From Minisyncoccota bacterium (GTDB taxonomy: Bacteria > Patescibacteriota > Minisyncoccia > Phycocordibacterales > JACRKE01), in NCBI GenBank assembly GCA_041660505.1, contig JBAZWG010000001.1, positions 307,979 through 371,978 on the forward strand: a DNA stretch of 64,000 bases. Reading direction: 5' to 3'. Of the stretch, positions 54,514 to 62,783 are shown one piece after another. The notes under the pieces were generated by a model. That model saw only the letters and a list, made by a program, of their open reading frames with translations, made no database searches and was not told the DNA's origin. Position 1 is the stretch's first letter, and the number at the start of each line of letters is the position of its first letter. A program made the position numbers and the translations under genes.

Positions 54514-57500
54514 TTATCGCTTGATGCAAGAAAATGCATAAGTTCTGGCCTCGTTGGCAAGCTGGGCATTATCTTTAATATTAAAGCTGATGGCTCCGGT
54601 AGTAACAATCTTCCAACCTGCTTCACACCCCTTCCCCGACATCGGTGCGATAAACGATGTCATGAAATCCCCGCTCGCAACCTTGGCCGCAATAACTGAA
54701 TCAGGAATTTCACATGAAGTGGGTGTGCAGTATGTCTGCGGTTGTATAAATGCTGAAACCCCATACCCTGCAATCGAACCGGCAGGAAGTGAGTTGTAGT
54801 TAGCTATTGTTGCACCGGTGCCTGCAGGACCTTGCGGTCCGGCAGGACCAGCCGGGCCCATTGGCCCAACTGTACCGCCAGTTCCTCCTCCAGTGATCCC
54901 TAAATCGGTTAGCGACTTCCAGCTCGCCGTACCATCACCAAATGAAGCAAGGATTTTTGATGTTTGTCCGGTACTCAAACCTTCCGTACCATCAGCAATA
55001 CGCACCTTGCCGCCGACTTCGAGCATGAGTTGAGGGGCGGTTTGCGCTTGTGCGGTTCCGATAAGAGAACTTACGGAAGCTGTTTGTTTTTGTGATTGCT
55101 GTTCATCTCCTCCAAATAGCGACGAGAACCATGAGCCGACCGAAGCCAACAATCCCTTCTTCTCGACATTGGCAATTGTTTTGCTTGCCGAAGCATTGAT
55201 TGAGAATATATTACTCTCGCTAGCCGGAACAAGAGGATAACACACCCCCTTATACAGAAGGGTATCTAGACTGGTAGACACTCCCGGCACAAAACTAAAG
55301 ATTGTGCCTGCGTCCAGTTGACCGCGACCCAATCCCATTGACCCCGGATTGTTGGTATATCCGGCAAAACATTTTGCATGGAGACCTGCAACCGCCGCAT
55401 ACCCATAGACTGAAGTGTTTGGCGCGACGACAGCGGGACCTTCTTGTGTAACAGGCGTATTGGTGTATGAGTGAACCGATGTGTACCAATCTTCAAACTT
55501 AGTATCATTTGGGGCGTGACAAATAGCGAGGGCTTTATGAGGTATTAAATCCCCGCCCGTATCTCGCATTTGGTCGAGAGTGGTCCAACCGGATGGACAC
55601 GTTGCCCGCTCTTCTTGAACTCCACTGGCCCCTTTAACAACAACCATGCCCACGCCTCCGGGGACGTCCGCCCAAGTTGTAAGTCGGTGATTATTCGGTT
55701 CACAAATAGCATGCAGGTTACTGATATGCGCAGTGAAACTATCGAGTTTAGTCATTCCGGATGGGCACGCACTGGTAGAACTCATAAAGCCGAGGCCGGA
55801 TGGAAGTGTCATCGTCTTTGGAGTCGGTGGTGCGTCAGTTGCCGTCATAGGTGGTAACACTGCCGGCGGGACCCCAGCCACTCCTGGCGACTTGCCGGTG
55901 GCAGATATAAGAACCTTGGCCCTAGCAATCACAGCCGTTCCATCTTTATCGCTTGCGGAGAAGTCTCCCCCGACACCACCAGGGCCACCACCTCTTCCAA
56001 CGACACCAGCACCGCCAAGATTGTTATAACCCATGACACCGTAAGTATTGCCATGTCCCACTATGCCATAGTTTCCAGTACTTTCACCGCGTATAGCAGC
56101 GCCCTTATCCGCAGACACCTCCAAGCGTGCGTCCTTCGGCTTTCTGACACCAACACCGATCCTTCCGTCTACATAGAGGTTGGCTGGGTCGGTCGGCGCG
56201 TCTGCCACTTCCGCTCCATAAGCGCCATGGGCTTTCCTTACGGCTTCGGCTTTTGTTATGCCGATACTTATATAGACACACATGGCATAATCGTCTTGCG
56301 TTATGCGATTGTCACCGTCTACATCAAGCTCTGCGAATTCCACAGTAGTTGGAGTATACGTGCCAAGCAGGTAGTTAGTTACTTTTTGCTGACTTGTCGC
56401 CGCTCCTCCTCTGCAATTCCCCCCACCGCCACCTCCTCCGCCAAGTTCACTTAAGCTCTTCCAACTAGCATTCCCCGTCGCGTCAGATGCGAGTACTTTT
56501 TTATCGCCTTCGTTAATACCTGTAAATTTGAGCGGACCGCTTGTTACAAGAGCCATGGAACCGGGATATCCAGTGAAAGAACCAGCGGTTGAACCATTCC
56601 CACTGCTTACGCCTGAAATTGCGATGGAACCCTGTCCTGTTACCGTCGCATCAACGCCTCTGGCGTCCACACCGTTCGTTTCTGTAATAATTCCGGTAGC
56701 ACTGCGAACATTACCGGTGTGTCTGATAGAAATACCAAGCGGTGATTTTACTCTGACTGAAGTGCCGATTTCTATCGCCCCCGGGTTTCCGGGAAAACTG
56801 TCGTATTGTCTCACCATCGAATCTCCAAGGACGCTACCGCCAACCCACTTAGGAAGATACCCTGGTGTACCACCGCCCGTAACGCCTGGTGGTGGCGGGG
56901 GGCAGTTGGTGCCTACACACTGTATTTTCGGTACGCAGATAGGCCTCCTTGTCGTCTGGTCGAAACCTTGAATCACTTTATCGACACCGCAATCGCCTAT
57001 CGCAGTTAAGATGGTCGGTGTGTCCGCACTGATAGTGCCACTTGTTGTAATTTTGTTAGGATCGGCGCCGTTGCCAGTGAAGACGATACCGTTGCCTTTA
57101 TTAAGTTCGCTGATGCCCGTATCGATAAAATCTCGCGTAACAAGATCAGACCATTTATTGATACAGTGCTGGTCGTCCGGCAAGCAGAGGCCAAGTGTCT
57201 TTATATTGCCTGCGACGTTGAAGAGCTGGGTGAAGAAGTTATTGTTATTATTGCCGACACCAGGATGGACAACTCCGTTATTGTCAGTAAATTCATAAAA
57301 TAACGAATCACCGAGGTTTGTAGCACCGAACCATCTGGCAAGCCTGCCTGGTGTGCCTTGGCCGGTTAGGCCACTACCCCCTGGCGTAATGATAATACAG
57401 TCAGCTGTCTGACCTGTTGCGATTTGCTCGGGGGTACAGATATTGGTGTTCGTAATATGATTGCTAATCTGCGTCCAGTCATATTGAGTAAAGCTATTCG

Positions 57501-57822
57501 TGATGTTAGTTCCACCGCCACCGCCAGAAGGCCAATTGGGACCCGTAACACAATTTCCGATATGGTCCGCTCTGGTAACATCAAAAAAACAAAATTGACC
57601 ACCAACCACTTTACTTGGCGTCAAAACACCGAATGGGTCGGTATTCATGTTCCCCACAATAACTCGCCCTTGTTTAACTTGTCCGGCAGGGCTAACATTA
57701 AGGGGTGCATCACAGCCCGAGTCGCCAGAAAGACAGCCCGGTGGCGTACGTAGTGGGCCAGTCCATGCCAAGACGACAATTGGGGCGACTAGTAGTATAA
57801 ATAGAGCGAAAGTTTTTTTCAT
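54514..57822 (-). CDS. Giant secreted fibre-like protein, paralog of the 48362 gene, with collagen-like repeats
   Basis: 1102 aa. Its N-terminus MKKTFALFILLVAPIVVLA-WTGPLRTPPG matches the other fibre protein. It has the collagen-like tract GPMGPAGPAGPQGPAGTG and a Cys-containing C-terminal domain. Confidence 0.75.
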   Translation of the reverse strand: MKKTFALFILLVAPIVVLAWTGPLRTPPGCLSGDSGCDAPLNVSPAGQVKQGRVIVGNMNTDPFGVLTPSKVVGGQFCFFDVTRADHIGNCVTGPNWPSGGGGGTNITNSFTQYDWTQISNHITNTNICTPEQIATGQTADCIIITPGGSGLTGQGTPGRLARWFGATNLGDSLFYEFTDNNGVVHPGVGNNNNNFFTQLFNVAGNIKTLGLCLPDDQHCINKWSDLVTRDFIDTGISELNKGNGIVFTGNGADPNKITTSGTISADTPTILTAIGDCGVDKVIQGFDQTTRRPICVPKIQCVGTNCPPPPPGVTGGGTPGYLPKWVGGSVLGDSMVRQYDSFPGNPGAIEIGTSVRVKSPLGISIRHTGNVRSATGIITETNGVDARGVDATVTGQGSIAISGVSSGNGSTAGSFTGYPGSMALVTSGPLKFTGINEGDKKVLASDATGNASWKSLSELGGGGGGGGNCRGGAATSQQKVTNYLLGTYTPTTVEFAELDVDGDNRITQDDYAMCVYISIGITKAEAVRKAHGAYGAEVADAPTDPANLYVDGRIGVGVRKPKDARLEVSADKGAAIRGESTGNYGIVGHGNTYGVMGYNNLGGAGVVGRGGGPGGVGGDFSASDKDGTAVIARAKVLISATGKSPGVAGVPPAVLPPMTATDAPPTPKTMTLPSGLGFMSSTSACPSGMTKLDSFTAHISNLHAICEPNNHRLTTWADVPGGVGMVVVKGASGVQEERATCPSGWTTLDQMRDTGGDLIPHKALAICHAPNDTKFEDWYTSVHSYTNTPVTQEGPAVVAPNTSVYGYAAVAGLHAKCFAGYTNNPGSMGLGRGQLDAGTIFSFVPGVSTSLDTLLYKGVCYPLVPASESNIFSINASASKTIANVEKKGLLASVGSWFSSLFGGDEQQSQKQTASVSSLIGTAQAQTAPQLMLEVGGKVRIADGTEGLSTGQTSKILASFGDGTASWKSLTDLGITGGGTGGTVGPMGPAGPAGPQGPAGTGATIANYNSLPAGSIAGYGVSAFIQPQTYCTPTSCEIPDSVIAAKVASGDFMTSFIAPMSGKGCEAGWKIVTTGAISFNIKDNAQLANEARTYAFSCIKR

Positions 57823-57829
57823 AAAAAAA

Positions 57830-58144
57830 TTATTTATTATTTTTTAAAAGATTTTGTACTTGTTTAAGACTTAGGACGGGGTGGCTACTGGTATCGATAT
57901 TAGAAGTTAATAGTTTTTTGCTCTCGGTTTCGCTTAAAATCGGCCCTTGTGTTTTGTTTTTAATATTGGTTCCTGCTTCCGGTGCGAAAGTAAGCTCATT
58001 ATCTACCGCTTTTGGCGGGTTAAGGTATACATAAAGCCCGGTACTGCCGAGAAGCAGTAAGACGGTGATGCTTAATGCGACAAGCGGCCATCTTTTGTGA
58101 GTTGGCACCGACGGTTCATAAAGTTGTTCGAGTTCTTGACGCAT
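57830..58144 (-). CDS. Hypothetical small membrane-anchored protein
   Basis: The start is placed at MRQELEQLYEP..., which has a TM helix (LVALSITVLLLLGSTGLYVYL). The track ORF is 57830..58213. Confidence 0.4.
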   Translation of the reverse strand: MRQELEQLYEPSVPTHKRWPLVALSITVLLLLGSTGLYVYLNPPKAVDNELTFAPEAGTNIKNKTQGPILSETESKKLLTSNIDTSSHPVLSLKQVQNLLKNNK

Positions 58145-58145
58145 T

Positions 58146-58394
58146 TTATTTACGATTTCGAGAATTAAACATCGCATCCATATTGTTGCGATATTTGGCG
58201 ATAGTCTGCTCAAGCTGGGCCGCAGAGGCAGGGCTCCCCGGCTGATATGTCATCGTATTAGACGCGGGCACAGTATTCGCAGGCGCCGATTGTTTTAAAA
58301 GAACCATGGCGAAGATGCCAATTGTGCCAAGCACAAGTAAAACCAACGCACACACGATAAAAATAATTTTCGCTCGCGTACTCACGCTATTCAT
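58146..58394 (-). CDS. Hypothetical small membrane-anchored protein
   Basis: 82 aa. It has the TM helix IIFIVCALVLLVLGTIGIFAMVLL. Confidence 0.4.
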   Translation of the reverse strand: MNSVSTRAKIIFIVCALVLLVLGTIGIFAMVLLKQSAPANTVPASNTMTYQPGSPASAAQLEQTIAKYRNNMDAMFNSRNRK

Positions 58395-58510
58395 TATACT
58401 AGAGGTGCGCTGTTTAAAACAGGTATTTGACTGTTGATAACTTTGTATGGTAGTATATTATGTCTGTCCGTCGGTATCCGAACGGACATTTCTTTTATAA
58501 AATAATGAAT

Positions 58511-58552
58511 ACCGAGGTTCAACCTTGAGCATCTTAAAGGTTGAACCTCGGT
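58511..58552. repeat. Family-1 paired palindrome, extended variant
   Basis: accgaggttcaaccttgagcatcttaaaggttgaacctcggt lies directly upstream of nusA. Confidence 0.8.
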
Positions 58553-58563
58553 ACCCACAAATT

Positions 58564-59718
58564 ATGTTCGACATGAAAGCAATGACGGGTGCGCTAACAC
58601 AGCTCGAAGAAGAGCGCGGCATCCCTAAGGAGAAGATTATAGAGGCTATCGAGCTGGCCCTAGCCGCCGCGTACAAGAAAGATTACGGCAAGAAGAACCA
58701 GATAATCCGCGCGCACTTCGATATCACGACCGGCGCCCTGCAATTCGAGCAGGTCAAGAAAGTGGTGGATGAGTCGGTGCTAAAAGGCGAAGATGAAGAA
58801 GACGAGGAAGAGACGGAGGGTGATTCGCCAGCCGGCGAAAAGAAAGTCCGCTTCAATGAAGACCATCACATCATGCTCGCCGATGCGAAAATTATGAAGA
58901 AAGACGCCCAAGTTGGCGATGAATTGGTCTTCCCCTTGGACGACAAAGAAGACTTCGGCCGTATTGCCGCCCAGACAGCCAAGCAAGTCATCATTCAGCG
59001 TATTCGTGAAGCAGAGAGAGTCTCTATATTAGGAGAGTATGCCACCAAGGCCGGCGACATAGTCCAAGGCAAGGTCCAACAGATGGAGCGTGGCAACGTC
59101 TTCGTCGACCTCGGCCGAGCCGTCGGCATCCTCCCCTATGACGAGCAGATACCGGGCGAGCATTATCGCCAAGGCGAAAGAATAAAAGCATATCTTGTTC
59201 GCGTCGAGGAAGGCCCGCGCGGTGTTACCCTTCGCCTTTCTCGCTCGCATCCGCAATTTATTACTAAACTTTTCGAAATGGAGGCGCCAGAGATCGCAAG
59301 CGGTACCGTGCTTATTACAAACGTCGCCCGTGAAGCCGGTTCCCGCTCCAAGATTGCCGTTAAGGCGACAGACCCGCACATTGACCCTGTCGGCTCGTGC
59401 GTCGGCCAGCGCGGCGTCCGCGTCTCAACGGTCATCAGCGAACTCGGTGGCGAGAAGCTAGACATTATAGAGTGGTCGCCGATACCGGAGCAGTTCATCA
59501 GCAACGCCCTCTCCCCCGCAACTGCATCGAGCATTCAATTATTCCCAGAGACTAATGAGGCGAAAGTAGAAGTCGCCGCCGACCAGTTCTCCCTTGCTAT
59601 CGGCCGCGGAGGCCAGAACGTGCGCCTCGCCGCCAAGCTTACCGGCTGGAAGATAGACATCAGCTCGCCGGATATGCCGAAGCCGGAAGCCGTCGAAGCG
59701 CCTGCAGTTGCAGAATAA
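58564..59718 (+). CDS. nusA: Transcription termination/antitermination factor NusA
   Basis: It has an N-terminal domain, an S1 domain ([20 protein letters not shown]) and two KH domains (...[23 protein letters not shown]). The track ORF starts at 58525 inside the repeat. Confidence 0.88.
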   Translation: MFDMKAMTGALTQLEEERGIPKEKIIEAIELALAAAYKKDYGKKNQIIRAHFDITTGALQFEQVKKVVDESVLKGEDEEDEEETEGDSPAGEKKVRFNEDHHIMLADAKIMKKDAQVGDELVFPLDDKEDFGRIAAQTAKQVIIQRIREAERVSILGEYATKAGDIVQGKVQQMERGNVFVDLGRAVGILPYDEQIPGEHYRQGERIKAYLVRVEEGPRGVTLRLSRSHPQFITKLFEMEAPEIASGTVLITNVAREAGSRSKIAVKATDPHIDPVGSCVGQRGVRVSTVISELGGEKLDIIEWSPIPEQFISNALSPATASSIQLFPETNEAKVEVAADQFSLAIGRGGQNVRLAAKLTGWKIDISSPDMPKPEAVEAPAVAE

Positions 59719-59800
59719 AAAAACGGAATTTAAGAATTTTGGAATTAAAGAATATTCTGAAATTCTCAAATTCCTTAATTCTAAAATTCTGTCAAAAGCC

Positions 59801-59986
59801 ATGAATCAAAAAACTCCCGTTGGTCCAATAATTGGTTCCGGCATAGTTGTATTGGTGCTCGTCTTCGGCGCGGCGAGTCTCATAAGCAAAGTCTTCGCCG
59901 AGCGTGCGCACCCGACCGTTTTGCCCACCATCACAGAATACCAGCGCATAGATGAGACAGCCTCCACCTCACCGGCGAGACGGTAG
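59801..59986 (+). CDS. Hypothetical small membrane protein
   Basis: MNQKTPVGPIIGSGIVVLVLVFGAASLISKVFAE... has one TM helix. Confidence 0.3.
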   Translation: MNQKTPVGPIIGSGIVVLVLVFGAASLISKVFAERAHPTVLPTITEYQRIDETASTSPARR

Positions 59987-60027
59987 CAATTCTGGAACAG
60001 GGTGACGATTTGTGGTAAGATCGGGAC

Positions 60028-60897
60028 ATGAAAGCGCCGGATGAAACCTTACAAAAATTAAGAGAATATTTTGAAAAGCGTGATGACGTTGTTTTAGCTT
60101 ACCTCTTCGGTTCGCAGGCAAAGGGGACAGCGACACCTCATCGGTCGGACTATGACATCGCCGTTTATTTCGCGACCCCGTCCGGGACATTCGAATATGA
60201 AGCTGAAACTGGTGAATACCAGACCGAGAGTGCGATCTGGAGCGACTTGGAATCAATTACACATGAAGATATTGATCTTGTGGTTCTTAATCGGGCGCCT
60301 GCCTCTGTGGTCTTTTCCGCTATAAACGGGACCGAGGTTCTTGCAGAAAAAGATCGCGACCTTTTTATGAAGTTACTTCTCAAGAGCAGTGCCGATGCTG
60401 AAGACTACGCCGAGATGGTGCGCGATTACGCCGAGATAGCCGCAAGGTCCAGATCGCTAAGCCCGCAAGACATTCTCCGTTTAGAAAAAATCATGACATT
60501 CATGGGCAACGAAATGATCTTGCTCGAACAATATGGCGCAATCAGCCAGATCGAATTTCAACAGGATCCGCGGGCTAGGCGAGTGCTTGAACGCTCCGTC
60601 GAAATGCTCGTCAACGCAGGGCTTGATATTGCCAAAATATTGCTCGCTTCCGGCCGAAGAAACATTCCGGACAAGTATGCCGAAGTAATGAAGAATCTTG
60701 GATATCTGGATAATTTTGACAATGACACCGCCTTGTGGCTGTCACGTTCCGCAACGCTCCGCAACATTGTCGCGCATGAATATCTCGATCTTGAATATAC
60801 AAAGATAACCACCTTCCTGACGGGGAAAGAAAAGTATTTTACTTACTTAATGCAATACGCGAAAGAGGCGGTCCGAAAACAGAGAGAAGAAAAGTAG
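60028..60897 (+). CDS. Fused nucleotidyltransferase (MNT)-HEPN protein
   Basis: The N-terminus has LAYLFGSQAKGTATPHRSDYDIAV (NTase). The C-terminus has LRNIVAHEYLDLEY (the HEPN R-x4-HxY motif). Confidence 0.75.
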   Translation: MKAPDETLQKLREYFEKRDDVVLAYLFGSQAKGTATPHRSDYDIAVYFATPSGTFEYEAETGEYQTESAIWSDLESITHEDIDLVVLNRAPASVVFSAINGTEVLAEKDRDLFMKLLLKSSADAEDYAEMVRDYAEIAARSRSLSPQDILRLEKIMTFMGNEMILLEQYGAISQIEFQQDPRARRVLERSVEMLVNAGLDIAKILLASGRRNIPDKYAEVMKNLGYLDNFDNDTALWLSRSATLRNIVAHEYLDLEYTKITTFLTGKEKYFTYLMQYAKEAVRKQREEK

Positions 60898-60908
60898 CGC
60901 GTAGCCAT

Positions 60909-60936
60909 TTGCAAATTTGGCGGGGGGGGGTAGAAT
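60909..60936 (+). promoter_or_regulatory. Candidate sigma70-like promoter with a G9 homopolymer in the spacer (phase-variation candidate)
   Basis: TTGCAA-atttggcggggggggg-TAGAAT has a 16-nt spacer, about 30 nt upstream of the MKKYLAG start. Confidence 0.5.
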
Positions 60937-60964
60937 GGATGTATTAATGCGTAATAAATTTTCT

Positions 60965-62695
60965 ATGAAAAAATATTTGGCGGGTCTGTTAATGACAGGC
61001 CTTGTTTTTGTTGCCGGTGCCGGTCTGGCGCAAGCCTCGACGTTAACTGACATGCAGGCACAAGTATCTAACATTTTGACTCAAGTCCAACAGTTACCGA
61101 GCGACACGATTGCCCAACTTCAGCTCAAAGTTTCGCTTCTCACTGGCGCGCTTGGACTCCAGCGACAGGTGAACACGTTGATCCAACATGAATCTTCCAC
61201 GATCAGCGCACAGACAGCGCAACAATCCGTTGATTGGAGATCACAGAATGCTTCACAAAATATCCCCATACTTTCATCTTTATCACCTACTTCAGGGGTA
61301 GTTGGAACAAGTGTCGCCATACAAGGGGAAAATATTGCCGTGTATGATCGTATTATTCTTCTTGGCGGACAAGCCGGATTGTCTTATGGAGTAGCGAGAT
61401 ACCGAGGTGAAGCGACTATATACAGGGGTGTTGCGGGCGGAATGGGTCAAGGTGCAAGTGGATCATTTTTTTACTTCATTATACCGACACAAGGTACTAT
61501 CGGGGGTTGTACCGGCTGTGCACCCGCACCGATAGTTACTCTTCCGGCTGGTGTATATGATGTGAGGGTTGAAAAGTCGGGATATACCGGCTCCGGGCCA
61601 ACAAGCAATTCTATGCAATTTCAGCTAATTGATACCGTAGCACCGACACCAAATGTGGTTATCTCGCCAGCCAATCCTTCAATTTCTATTTCATCCCCTG
61701 TCGCCGGCCAGACTTATTACAACGGTGAGAAAGATGTTATCTCAAACATTCAGTGGTCAACGTCGAACTTCGGTGGCATGAGTGTTTCTATTGTGTTAGA
61801 TGGACCGGCAATTCATAAAGTTCTCGCCGACACTATTCCAAACACGGGAAACTATACTTGGCATTCAGACACAACACTACCTAGTGGAAATTACACGATT
61901 CGCATCATAGGCGTTGTGCCGGGGTCAGAAAAGGGTCCGTTCGGTGAGGCCACAACTGCATTCTACTTAAACACCTATGTGCCCGCACCAACAATTTCTG
62001 TTATTTCGCCAACAACTGGAAATGTATTAAGTAATGGTGAAAAAGCTGTCATTACGCATGTCCAATGGACGACATCTAATTTCAATGGGTTAAACGTCAG
62101 TATTGTTTTGGAAGGAAGTGGTAACGGAATCTATAAAACCATCGCGAACACTGTTCCAAACACTGGCACTTACGCGTGGGCAACAGACTCGACAGTTCCC
62201 AGTGGCATTTATAGACTACGCCTCATGGGTGTAGTTCCCAACTCGGAGAAAGGCCCATTCGGCGAGGCCTACAGCGGATATTTTACAATCACCACACAAA
62301 CAGCGAGTATCCAGCCAACCCCGCTAGTTAACTATGATTTCAATGTTTCTATGGATGGTACTCCTAACTATGGCGGAATAATAGAAGTCGAAGCAGGAAA
62401 AAGTATTCATAAACAAGTTCGGTTTACAGTCGCCGGCAATCGTTCGCAGATAGTTGTTCCGACAGACAGCATACACACTACCTATATAAACGAAACAATG
62501 CCTAGGATTTCGTGGGACAGGAGCGAGTACAGCACGACTGAAGGAGGTGATATCGGAACGCTTACAATATCGACCGCGGGGGTCATTCCGGGACTTTCAG
62601 TAAGTGTTACGCATTCATTTAACGGGCGAGTATCAGGATCTAAGCAGATTTGGTATACACTTCGAGTGAAGAGTCCGTCTGCCACGATCCAATAG
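60965..62695 (+). CDS. Secreted protein with an N-terminal coiled coil and IPT/TIG- and Ig-like repeats
   Basis: It has the signal MKKYLAGLLMTGLVFVAGAGLAQA, then TDMQAQVSNILTQVQQLPSDTIAQLQLKV, then LSPTSGVVGTSVAIQGENIAVYDRI, and repeated ~110-aa Ig-like units (SNGEKxVIxxxQWTTSNF). Confidence 0.75.
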   Translation: MKKYLAGLLMTGLVFVAGAGLAQASTLTDMQAQVSNILTQVQQLPSDTIAQLQLKVSLLTGALGLQRQVNTLIQHESSTISAQTAQQSVDWRSQNASQNIPILSSLSPTSGVVGTSVAIQGENIAVYDRIILLGGQAGLSYGVARYRGEATIYRGVAGGMGQGASGSFFYFIIPTQGTIGGCTGCAPAPIVTLPAGVYDVRVEKSGYTGSGPTSNSMQFQLIDTVAPTPNVVISPANPSISISSPVAGQTYYNGEKDVISNIQWSTSNFGGMSVSIVLDGPAIHKVLADTIPNTGNYTWHSDTTLPSGNYTIRIIGVVPGSEKGPFGEATTAFYLNTYVPAPTISVISPTTGNVLSNGEKAVITHVQWTTSNFNGLNVSIVLEGSGNGIYKTIANTVPNTGTYAWATDSTVPSGIYRLRLMGVVPNSEKGPFGEAYSGYFTITTQTASIQPTPLVNYDFNVSMDGTPNYGGIIEVEAGKSIHKQVRFTVAGNRSQIVVPTDSIHTTYINETMPRISWDRSEYSTTEGGDIGTLTISTAGVIPGLSVSVTHSFNGRVSGSKQIWYTLRVKSPSATIQ

Positions 62696-62726
62696 GGCGG
62701 TTTGCTACCCTATTAATGGTTGTGGT

Positions 62727-62783
62727 AAATCTGGTCAACATCGGATGTTGACCAGATTTCAGTCCCCTCTCCTTCGGAGAGGG
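62727..62783. repeat. Two adjacent hairpins: a GGTCAACA-N-TGTTGACC element (family 4) and a CCCCTCTCC-TTCG-GAGAGGG element
   Basis: aaatctggtcaacatcggatgttgaccagattt is followed by cccctctccttcggagaggg. They lie in a convergent intergenic region and are probably bidirectional terminators. Related copies lie at 28849-28879 and 26537-26557. Confidence 0.65.
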
